Shown here: in pieces, positions 28,601 through 39,835 of the stretch | How positions within the stretch are numbered: position 1 is the stretch's first letter | How the letters are laid out: every line of letters starts with the position of its first letter | The notes under the pieces: generated by a model | Databases searched by the model: none | Told to the model about the DNA's origin: nothing | Seen by the model: the letters and a program-made list of their open reading frames with translations, nothing else | Program-made: the position numbers and the translations under genes | Assembly: GCA_004431415.1 (NCBI GenBank) | Contig: QPMI01000709.1 | Location: forward strand, 62,001-126,000 | DNA: 64,000 nt | Direction: 5' to 3' | Source: Cyanophora paradoxa CCMP329 | Taxonomy: Eukaryota; Plantae; Glaucophyta

Positions 28601-31506
28601 TGACAGTCTGTGCTCTCGCTTGGAGCAGCTTGCCATCCTCCTTCATCTGATTGGACGTGCTAACGAAGTCTGCGAACTCTCGGAGTGTTCGAGGCTTGTC
28701 TTGGAGTTGCTGCGCGTTGAAAGACACATTAGGAATTACCAAACGCACACATTCGCTCTCCATACAGACCTTGATACGGTTCTGGAAGTCTTGTGTGACC
28801 TCTATGCACTTGTCCCGGGCCGTCTGCAAGAGCAGCTGTTTCATTGACTCCAAGGCCTTGCTCGTGATAGGAACAAGCTGATTTTTGAGGCGCTTGCTGT
28901 CGACATGCAAGACTCCCAAAACGTTGGAAAGCTTCATCTTCTCGAGGTCACCCTGCAATGCCGCCATTAGATGGTTCATTTCCACATGCAACAGCTGACA
29001 CAGACCTGCCAGCGCTTCATTCGATCCATGTCGCTCTTGAACTCCTTGACAGTGTGTGGCGCTTTCTCATACTCCTCGTAGTTCCATGTCTCCCCAAACG
29101 TGTAGATCTGGCGGTACTCTGCCAGGGGCGGTAGTCAAGCGCTTGGACCACGAGTCCACTAAGAGAGGCAGACCCTCGAAAGTCTTTGAGTAGTCGACAG
29201 CTTGGCTGAAGTCCCGGGCAATGACCTCGTCGCACTTTTGCTTGATGTCGATGAACTTCTCGCTCTGACGGATCATGGAACCGACGTGGGGGCCCACAAC
29301 ACTTGCTCCATTGAAGTATGGCTTGAATGGGCGCTGAACTCCGATGTCAGAAAGCATGCACACGTTTTCATGCAACCACAGAGAACCAACCATGTACAGT
29401 AGACGAGGCACCAGGTTGACTGTGTTGATCATGCCCTCCTCCATGTTGTTGATCAGCTGGGCGATGTCATCGTGTCCTGGAGTGAAGACCATTCCACTCG
29501 TTCCGTAACCTACAGTGGTGAAAAACAGGCCTGTCTTGCGGGGGACCTCGAGGATGTTCAGGAACTTGTCCATTGTCGTGAGTGTGAGGAGCGACAGGCT
29601 CTCGACAGACATGTAATCGGCAAGTCGAACGACTGTACACGGCATCAGACAAGGCAGCAGAAGGACCACCAAAAAATTCCTGCCAACGCACAGTCTCCAA
29701 GCATCTGTGCCTCTGCAATGGCCTGCTTGAGCGCCTTCATGCGCGCAGCCTGCTCCTGCTTGACCGCCACCATCGACTTGCTCTTCTCTCCCCGAGTTTG
29801 CCGGGTTGAGGGATTGCCATCCCCACTAGCGTCGGCCTCCCCACTGGCACCCAGCAGCAGATCGTCTGAAGTCCTGGCCCGCGCATTGACGTCCTCACAG
29901 ACTTTCTCGAGAAGAGCCTGCATGGCGCAAGTATTGGGAAGTCCGTGAAGTGAAGATAAAGAAATTTTCGAACCTGCAACTTGTCGACGACTTGTTCAAA
30001 CTTCTTGGAGGCCTGATTGCGTTGCTGGACTTGCTGCTCGTTGAACTCGTCCGGCTGATAAATGCGCTTCGAAGAGATGTGCATGAGATCCACTTCACGT
30101 ATGTCGACGCAAAGGCGATTGATCTCGAGCAGGGTCGAGCAGAACGAGGGCTTCGCCAAGAACAGGCGCTTTGTAAGCTTGCTGCGCTGCTGGCAGTAGA
30201 GCTTGAACCTCACATCTGAGCGGCACTTGAATGAGAAATAGCTCAGCCGAGTTACCAAAATATTTGCGTACTGCTGCGCCAGAGCCGGAAGCTCTTCGCA
30301 ATCAGATAGTACTTGAAGTACGGTATGCTCGTCAGCACGTTGAACATGGTTGCCTGCCTCACCCATTCTCCGAGAGGGATGAACTCTGGACGCTATCTCA
30401 GGGCCAACTCAATCATCACACACTTGAGAGCGCATTGGTTTACCGGATGGCTCGCCGGGGCGGATGTGCACGACGCCCGAAGCGGACATGGTGAAGTGCT
30501 CAGGCTCAACCTGCTCGAATGCGTCAACCTCAATTAAGCTAGAGGGGGCAAGCGGCACCCACCTCTTCACGTGAGACAATGATAAGATCGTATGGACGGA
30601 AATTATCGCCTGTTCTTGCACGGTTCATGTACACGAACTTCACAGGGCCTTCGCGCAAAGCGCGCGGTTAGGACCTCCAACAGTGCGTGCGCTCTAGGGT
30701 AACGCACTGTTCTGGCCGTATCGGGCAAAGAATGCGATAGCGTCGTTTCCCGTCTTCAGCTCTTCGGATTCTTCCGAGTCCTCATGACCGGGGGCAACGG
30801 ATCCCCCCTGCGACCCCTATGAACATGGTGCGAAAACACCCTCAACAAACACTCCACAGCGAGAAGAACGGCGAACCAGCTGGGTAGCAGGGTGGCCGTT
30901 CTCCACCGGCGCCGCGCGGTCCATCATGAAAGCGTCCCTAATGAGCGGCAGAGTGACGATCGACGGGGGAGACTGCTGCTTGTCCTGCCGGGAAACCAGG
31001 CTGCTCTTTGGGACACTCCGGGCCCGCTTCGGGCTCAGCCCGCCCTCCCGCGACGCCTCCAGCGTCACAGGAGATGAGCGCCCGTACGAGCGGAAACGCG
31101 GGCTCATGTGCGTCAGCGCCCGGGAGCTAGCATGCGCCCCCAAGTTCAAGTCATACTTGTAGACCTCCTCCACGCTGAAGTCGAAAAGCTGCGCAAGGGC
31201 CGGTCGGTACATCACGGCAGCCGCTACGTGATGAATTCGCAGCGGGGAGTAGCCGAGAACGCTGGGGCCAACGCACGTTCCGGTCTGTCCTGTTCGAATC
31301 CGCAGAGCGGGTGAGGCGCTGTGGGGGCGCCGTCTCTGTAGCGAACGGTGCCTCCAGAGAGCTGCCCGTGTCCCCATTCTGCAGCCTGGGCTCAGAGCGA
31401 GCAGGCAGGGCTGCAGACAAAACGGAGACCCGCTCACCGCGCGGGCGCGCTTCCCGCTCGAGCTTTTTCCCGGCTGGATTGGTGGGAGGCTAAAGCTAGG
31501 ATCCAT
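16700..31506 (-). CDS. DNAH6: Axonemal (single-headed inner-arm) dynein heavy chain, DNAH6-like, dozens of short introns
   Basis: P-loops [24 protein letters not shown] and GVGGSGRQ; [30 protein letters not shown], stalk and C-domain ending [10 protein letters not shown] (TAG 16702-16700). The N-terminal [10 protein letters not shown] segment suggests the DNAH6 class; the start codon is tentative. Confidence 0.88.
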
Positions 31507-31899
31507 GCCTGCCTGCCTGAGCGACGGCGCTGGACGCGCCTGCGCCGCCGAGGCGGCAACTCAAAGTACGACGGCTACACGGCTACGACGGCACTCGCAT
31601 ACAAGCTAGTCTGTGAGCTCGCCCGCTGGTCTGTGGACTCGTCTGTGAGGGCAGCTAAGTTAGAAAGACAGGCGTACCCAAGAAACCCCCATCCCCCTTC
31701 ACACCCTCCCCCCACTCTCCTTCCCCCTCCAAAACAAAAAGACGTCGTAGCCCCCTGCTTCCTGAGGCTCGTGCATCTTCAAGCTTTCAGCTCCAGCCCC
31801 CAATAGCGCACGAGACACGTGAGGTGGTTCTTTGAAGCTCATACAGGGAGTTTAAGCAGCTCCCCCCGCTACAACCCAGCTCTAGCGAGTGCAGTGATC

Positions 31900-34800
31900 A
31901 TGAAAGGCAAGAACAAGAAGAAGGCGGCGCCGCTCGTACGCGCGCAACACCCTGCGAAGAAGCAACGCCGCCGTTCTGGCGACGATCGCGGCGGCGGCGC
32001 CTCTCAGCCGGAAGCGCTCGAGAAGCCCGACGAAGGCATGGAGACCGAGGAAGGCGCGCGCCGGCCTGCTTGGACGGCGCGATCGCTTTTGATGCAGCGC
32101 GCGTGCAGGTGCGGTGCTGTTCGAGGGCGACGAGCAGGAAGGGGACGGCAGGAAGAAGAAGGTCAAGTCGGGTGGATTCCAATCCATGGGTTCGCGGGCT
32201 TCTGCTCGCGCGTACGCGCTAGCTTTAGCATCTCATAGTTAGGTTCTTCGGATTTACTTGCTGAGCATACCTGCAGGGCTGTCCCCTCCGATCTTCCAGG
32301 CGATCCTGAAGAAGGGGTGGGTTTGCGCTCGTGCCCCGGACAGATCGCGCAGGCCCAGTGACGTCTCGTCGCAGCTATCGCATGCCCACCCCCATCCAGC
32401 GCAAGAGTATCCCTGTTGGGATCCGGGGGGATGACCTTGTGGCAATGGCAAGGACGGGGTCAGGAAAGACGGCAGCTTTCCTCATACCTGTCCTCGAACG
32501 TCTGCAAACCCACTCCCAAACTGTGCGTCCTTCTCCAAACAACCATATGCCTTTGACGCGATTCCTGTGCCATCAGTTCGGTGCCAGGGCGGTCATTCTG
32601 GAGCCAACCCGCGAGCTTGCGCTCCAAACGTTAAAATTCGCGAAGGAGCTAGCGAAATTCACCGATCTCCGGATGTGCTTGCTGGTCGGTGGGGACAACA
32701 TGGAGGACCAGTTCGCGGACCTTGCAAATTACCCTGACATGTGCGCTAGTTGAGAAAGTCTGCACTGGGAGGAGAACTGATTGCCCTCTTCAGTATCATC
32801 GCTACGCCAGGGCGGCTGATGCATCACCTCATCGAAGTTGGAATGTCGTTGAAGTCGGTCGTGCAGATCGTTTTTGATGAGGCTGACCGGTATATAGCTC
32901 TCTGGTATCCAGCCATCCTGCTGCCACTCAACTTGCGGCAGGCTGTTCGAGATGGGCTTTGCGCAACAGCTGCACGAGATTTTGCATGCCTTATCAGAGT
33001 CCAGGCAGACATTGCTGTTCTCAGCAACCATGCCGTCCCAGCTTGCCGAATTCGCAAGGGCTGGTCTGAGAAATCCTACGGTGATCCGCCTGGACACAGA
33101 AATGAAGCTTAGTGAAAATCTGAAGGTGGCCTCTTAATAATCATAATTGTTTTTCCTGGCTTACGGTGCTTTCTTTTTCGCGCCCAGACGGCCTATTTTA
33201 CTCTCAGGGCAGAGGAAAAGCCAGCCGCTCTTCTCTATGTCCTTCGTGAGCTCGTCGGGCCAGAACAGCAGTCCGTAGTCTTCACTTCCACACGGTGCAG
33301 CCGAACTCTTGTCTCTCGCATTTGAGTTTTCATTTCTAGACAGCCACCACGTCGAGTTCCTCGGAGATATCCTAAAGGCGTCTGGAATCGATGCTTCACT
33401 GGTGTACGGTTCCATGGATCAGACTGCCCGCAAAATCAGCATTGCCAGGTTCCGGAATCGATCATCAAAAGTCCTCATTGTCACAGATATTGCTGCCCGA
33501 GGCATTGGTGTGTCGTATACTTTTTTTGAGTGCAACGAGCTTATGTTTTTCCAGATATCCCTTTGCTGGACAATGTGGTGAACTACGACTTTCCACCAAA
33601 GCCCAAATTGTTTGTGCACCGAGTGGGTCGTGCTGCTCGTGCTGGGCGCTCAGGCACAGCTTTCTCACTTGTCACTGCAGATGAGGTGCGCAGAATTTCA
33701 TGTTCGTTCAATGCGCACGCGCTCCTCTCACGCTTGTTTCAGCTTTCGTATGTCGTTGATCTCCATCTGTACCTGGCACAACCCGTCCGTGTTGCTAAAG
33801 ATCTTGCTGGTGAGGATGGGTCCCATGGCTTCATCGGATGTTTCCCAGATGTGCGTACTCATGTACCGTATTTTTTTTCCTTTGCCCTGTAGTCACATTT
33901 TGCTCGCAGTCTGTCTTGGAGATCGATCTCGACGCTGTTCGTCGGCTTTTGGAGTCAAACCAGGAGCTTGTGTGCACTTCTTGTCAAAGCTGCCAAAGCT
34001 GACAATCTTCTTTTCCTTATTAATCGTGTTTTCCCAGGAAAGCTTGAAGCGTGTTACAGATAATGCTCACAAGCTGTATGTCAAGACTCGTCCACAGCCA
34101 TCTGCTGAGTCTGTCAGACGCGCTAAGAGTGAAATTGGGCAATCACCTCCTCATCCTCTCCTTGGTCTGTGCATATGGTTTGACATAGGCGATAAATGGG
34201 ATCGATTGCTTACATTTTCAGCAGCTGCCCGTCAGGATGGCGGTGCACGCGTGAGGAGCTCATATGTCGCTGCTCTCCGCAATTTCCGCCCACCTCAGAC
34301 AATTCTCGAAATCAAAGAAGCCAAGTGCCTTGGCGGTGCAGACGTGATGAGGAGCAAGCGAGCTTGGTGTGTACTCTATCGTGCATTCTTCTCTATCCTG
34401 ATTTCCTCCGTGACCACTGGCCTAGGCATGGTGTAGCTATCGCCAAAGAGAAGAAGAAAAAAATCGCAACAGCAAATTTGGGCGAGGTCTGGCGGTATCT
34501 TTCTGATGGGCGTAATTGCGGTCACGAACTGTACCAGCAGGATGCGCAGGAGGCAGACATGAGCGATGGCCAGGCTTCATCATCAGGTCAGCTGTTCTGC
34601 ATTTGCTGCTAACTATCTAAGAACATTTCGTACAGAGGGCGCTGTTGCACACACAGTTCATGTAAAACCCAAATCTTCCAAGGATGAAGCATTTTATATT
34701 GCTCCGCAACCAACAAACCGTTATGTGGATTCTGCGTACGTAATCTGGATGTTCTTACACCTTTATTTTTCTCATGCGGAATTCTCAGTCTCTCCATCAA

Positions 34801-35571
34801 GAGTCAGGATGGCACACAGCATCTTCAGGATCTTGTTTTGGATCTTGGTGCTGAAGACAACGAGCAGGTGTGATTTCCTCCCCGCGTCCTGGTACTCTGC
34901 TGACATCTATGCAAAGGTCAAGATGAAACGAAATCAGCTTGTCTGGGACAAGAAGAAGAAGAACTTCGTTCAAGCAGGATCCCTCATGGATGCCGAAACT
35001 AACAATGGTAAAAAGAGGAAAATCCGCACCGAGAGTGGACAGGTGAGAATTGGATCCACGGCAATCCTTTGTGTCGGTTCTCAATTGTGTTCGAAATCAG
35101 GTTATCACAACCTCGTACTCTGCGGGCATGTACGAGGCTTGGGCAAAGAAGCACAAGGTTGCTATTCCAAGGACTGGGGAGCTGGAGGACGCCACCCAGC
35201 AGCGCCCCATGAAGCTCATGGGCCAGCGGTACGTCCAGTCGAGAATGATGATTTTCGGCCTGTTGTCTTATTGGATACCGTCCAGGTGGAAACACACGAA
35301 GGGGATGCCCGGTGCAGAGGCAGGCCAGAAGGCTAAAGGTTTCCACGGCAAGAAGTCGCCCGGTGGCCAGAAGCCCAAGCAGGAGCTCAAGACAATGGAC
35401 AAAATCAAGAAGGAGAGAAAGCAGAAGATGGCGAAGAGGGGTGGCGGTGGCGGCGGTCGTGGTGGTGGCGGTGGTGGCGGTCGGGGCGGTGGCGGCGGCC
35501 GAGGTGGAAGGGGTGGTGGTAGCCGAGGAGCCCGGGGTGGAGGTGGCAGCAGAGGCGGCAAGCGCAAGTAG
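31900..35571 (+). CDS. DDX54: DEAD-box RNA helicase DDX54/DBP10, multi-exon, with C-terminal RGG tail
   Basis: [64 protein letters not shown] and KIRTESG (DBP10CT). Confidence 0.92.
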
Positions 35572-35701
35572 GATTTCGCCATCGAAGTGTAGCCATTTCT
35601 GTACAAGACAGAAAAGATCTAACAGCATTCCGATGCGAGATTGTGTACCGGTTCCGAAAGCGAATTCGAAATTAGAAGCTAGTACACAAAATTTAGTGAG
35701 A

Positions 35702-35739
35702 AGGGGGGCGGGGGGAGGGGGGAAGGGGGGGGGGGGGGG
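35702..35739. repeat. G-rich tract (four G-runs, quadruplex-capable)
   Basis: GGGGGG C GGGGGG A GGGGGG AA followed by a long G run, read directly. Confidence 0.8.
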
Positions 35740-36767
35740 CGGTCGCCCTTTATTTGCGATGACGATAAGAGGCTGGGATTGTAATAATATAATTACGAAT
35801 AGGGGGTCTAGGGGGAAGCGATTGCAATTACGATGGGGGGAGGCGATTTGCGATTCACGATTTACGCCGGTGCCCCCGCAAATCTGACTCTGCTACGCCC
35901 CGCCTGTCTGCCCCCCACCGGCCCCACCGCCCCCCTCCGCCCCCCGACCCTCTATCTCTCCCAGTTCACACCAATGCCCCTGGTGTCGTCGCCCCCTAGA
36001 AGCCCCCACTCTGAACATGGCTGCTTCTCTGACGATTTTGAATTTCTTGCCTCTCCTAACCTCATCCTCGACTATCATCTCGACTATCCTCGGCTTCTCA
36101 CTGCCGCAGTGCGCAGGTTCTGAGGATCGCGACCTCACTCTCAACTAACGCCGGTCCTGCCTACCCCCCCCTGCGCATGCACATGCGTCATAGCCCTGGC
36201 CACGTCGGGGCTGGTGGGGGTATTTGCCTTCGGCAAGCTAGTGTATTTGGCCAGCTAGCTATAGGCAGGTGTTACCAAATATACGAGGGCTTACAGGAAA
36301 AAAAGGGTAGAGTACCGTCGTGCATCAAACTTTTAATACAATATCGATCCGGATCCCTGCCGATATCGATAATCCCCTGTCGATTTGAAGAAATTTAGTC
36401 CTATGTATACATTGTAACTTGAAACAGATATACATAGCTTGAAGCCGCTGAGCTCTCAAACCAAAACATAGTGATCACGCAATGATGAGCTCTCAAACCA
36501 TGATGAGCTTGCAATTAATATTGCCAACTTGCAGATTCGATGCCATCCGTTGCAATTGTTTCTCCAGGGCTCTATATCGTCATATGCGCGGAAGGTACGC
36601 ATACGTTGGACGTGTACATGTACATTTGAACATATGCATCGTCCAATCGACGGTCTAGCCGGGTCACGACACTCTTGCGAAATCGAATCCAGTACCCCGT
36701 TCGCCAGAAGCGTGTAGCAGAGCGCTTCTCGCAGTTCGCCCTAGAAGCAGCGCAGAGTCTTTTCAAC

Positions 36768-38507
36768 ATGGCAGCGCTTCTCGAGGGACCGAAGCGCGAT
36801 GACCCGACGCGCGGCGTCACTAGTGAGCGCCTCCGTTTGGCCGCGCGCGCGGTTCCGAGCCAGCCGCTGCAATATACGCGCTCCGGCCGACGCGAGCACC
36901 CTCTCCTCTTACGACCTTTCTTCGCGCAGCGCCGTTGAGCCTGAGCCGGGAAGTAATCAACAAGGAGAAGTCTGGCAGGCGCGCGCGCCCTCCTCGCGGT
37001 GCTGGACTTCATTTGACCGCTCGCGCAGCTATATGGAGATGTTCAACCAAGACAAGACCGATAACGACTCGCGCAAGGAGATTTACGTGAGCGCCGTCGT
37101 CATCCCCGCGGCCGAGCAGTTGCTAATTTTTGGGGCGCGCAGGACACCATCGCCAAGGTGGGGCTTAGGTTTCGCGTGAGTAACGCGCTCGCGATGACCT
37201 GATTCGCCACCCCGCGCCGCGCTCCGCAGTACTACTACGACCTCGGTCCGTGTCTCGCATCCCCGGGCGTCCCTTCTCCTCTGTAGCTGCGTTTTGACGC
37301 CGGGGTTTCTCAGTGACGGATTTCTTCGAGTTCGGCTGGGGCCAGTCTTTCCATTTCGCGCCCCGCTTCTATGGCGAGTCGTTCGAGATGTCCATAGCGC
37401 GGCACGAGCAGTGGCTCGCTCTGAAGATGGGCCTGAAGCCCGGTATGAAGGTAGATACTGGAATATCTTTCTTCTTCCTCCCTCTTAGCCGCCGGAAACT
37501 GATCTCTTCGAACAGGTTCTGGACGTTGGATGCGGCGTCGGCGGCCCCGCGCGCACCATCGCACGCTTCTCTGGCGCCAACGTTGTCGGCCTCAACCTCA
37601 ACGACTACCAGATCAAGCGCGGACTCAAGCTCGGCGAGTATTACAAGCTCTCGCACCTCGTCAGCTATCAGAAGGGCGACTTCATGAAAATGCCGTTCGA
37701 GGACGGCACTTTCGATGCTGTTTATGAGGTATGTACCCTTCGCTCAGTTTCGGCTTGCTCCGCCATCGCCAACCTCGGTCAGATCGAGGCGACCTGCCAC
37801 GCGCCCGACAAGGTGGGCGTGTACAGTGAGATCTTCCGCGTGCTCAAGCCTGGCGGTATTTTCGGCCAGGTCCGAATCCTTTTTTTCCGGATCAGACTCG
37901 CCGTCTGACCGGCCTCGGCAACAGTACGAGTGGATTATGACGGACAGGTATGACAAGAACAGCAAGCTCCAGCGTGACGTGAAGTACGGTATTGAGATTG
38001 GCGATGGCCTTCCCGGTGCGCGCGTGCTTGTATCTGTTTTATGCGAGCCTAAACTTCCGCAGACATCTGCGGCCCACAGGACGTTCTTGACGGTCTTAAG
38101 GCTGCTGGCTTCGAGCTGATTGATGCCCGTGATCTGGCTCTGGAGTCTCAAGTCCCGTGGTATGAGCCCCTTCAGGGCAAGTTCAGCGTCCAGGTGCGAA
38201 AATGGTGTCCATGCCCTCTACCACTACTCAATTCAATGGCAGGGCTTCTTGAAGACGGGTACTGGCCGCTTCCTCACCCGGCAATTCGTCCGTGTCTTGG
38301 AGCGCGTGGGCGTCGCCCCGAAGGGCTCTGCCCAGGTCCAGGTTTTCCTTGAGACCGCTGCCAAGGCACTTGTCAAGGGTGGCGAGCTCGGTTCGTCCTC
38401 CCACACCGGGCTTCTTTGTGCGCATGATCAGAATTTCTCCAGGTATCTTCTCGCCCATGTTCTACACTCTGGCCCGCAAGCCCGAATCTTCTGGCAAGAA
38501 GAAGTAA
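36768..38507 (+). CDS. SMT1: Sterol 24-C-methyltransferase (SMT1/ERG6), many small exons
   Basis: [57 protein letters not shown] and [14 protein letters not shown]. Confidence 0.94.
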
Positions 38508-39323
38508 GGAAGATTAAAGATCAGATGTTTGCCTTCAGCGTAGACACGCGACGTAGGCTAGCGGCAAGCTAGCTGCATCTGTAACCTACGCCGTATGGGC
38601 TACAATAATGGGCGGGTGCGGCCCTCGCCGTTGCCGGAGGCCTGTTAGATGTTTGTTTTCTTTCTTTCTTCGCGCAGTTATGTAAGTAGTTGTCTCTATT
38701 CTTGAGCATTTGCACACGAACTCGTTCGGCCTACGAGTGTGGAATTTACACTGAGGCGCCGTTGCTGCAGGCCCAGCCCACCAGAGCCGCCCAGGCCCTG
38801 CGTTGCCCTCTATATATAAGGCAATTAATGTGCGTTCCCGCAAACACCAGCTATATATATAGGAGCCCGCACTGCAAGTGCCGCATCAAACGTGAGAGCC
38901 CAACCCCCGTCCCACCGGTACCTCTCAAATCCAAGTCCAAACCCCTTCCGGATCCCCATATGCATCCCCGAGTCCGATGATCCTCACGATCAGTCCAGCC
39001 TCAGCAGTGTAATGTACTAGCTAGGTCCGGACTGCAGCTGGGTCAGCTAGCTGCAGCTGCAGGGCCAGTCAAGTCCGGGCGAGCTGCAGGACTGGCCATG
39101 GCCAGTGGCGCCGGCCCAGTGGGTCCGGGTTGACGTTGTGTCGGGGTGCACGTGGTGGCCCAGTCACTGAGTCGGGGTTAAGCTCGTGCTAATCGGAATC
39201 GTGATTACGGCAGTCATTTCAAAAAAAAGTGTGAATTCGAGGCAGCATGCGAGTTGCACAGCCTTAATTAAATTGCAATTGAACTCAATGCGATCGCAAT
39301 GCAAATATTCATTTTTATCATAG

Positions 39324-39390
39324 TATGTCAACAACAGCTGCAGTGATGCCATGACTCAGGGATAGCTTCAAGCCCGACAGCCTACGGGCC
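39324..39390 (+). repeat. Dispersed repeat copy A (related to 47947-48000)
   Basis: tatgtcaacaac..gtgatgccatga..gatagctt.aagcccgacagcc..cgggcc aligns with copy B apart from two short insertions. Confidence 0.75.
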
Positions 39391-39712
39391 ATAAAGAGGG
39401 CCCAAATTAAACAGCCTAGCCGCTGAGCCTAGCGACAGCCTAATTAATATAAACTTTTTGAAACCTCAAATCGTAATCCGATGATCGCAACTTGGAAACT
39501 TGGCAATGCAAATACTCATTTTTACTAAAAAGTTATGTCAACAACCTAGACAGCCGCTGAGCTTCATGAACAGGGCCTAGCGCTAGCCCTGGGCCCCTCA
39601 GAGCCTATCGATATCATTGCAAGTTTGATGCCTCAGGGCCTAGCCTAGTAGAGCTTGCTTTTGCCATACCCAGTCTTGCTGGCGTGGGCGTGTCTTTTAC
39701 TTGCAAGTTAAC

Positions 39713-39757
39713 GTTGCGATTACGATCGTAATCAGGGTTGCGATTACGATCGTAATC
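39713..39757. repeat. Direct repeat (2 x 21 nt), each containing the perfect 16-bp palindrome GATTACGATCGTAATC
   Basis: GTTGCGATTACGATCGTAATC at 39713-39733 and 39737-39757, 3-nt spacer AGG. Confidence 0.9.
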
Positions 39758-39835
39758 TCGATCATTAATCATTGATTCGTAATCGTTATTATAGTATCGG
39801 ACTGCGGCAATTCCAGGCCGCCGGGCAGCAGCTGC

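Noticed and set aside
35700-36010. G-rich tract followed by a C-rich tract as a possible MITE or foldback element
   Set aside because: Complementarity is limited to homopolymer runs; I found no clean TIRs or target-site duplication.
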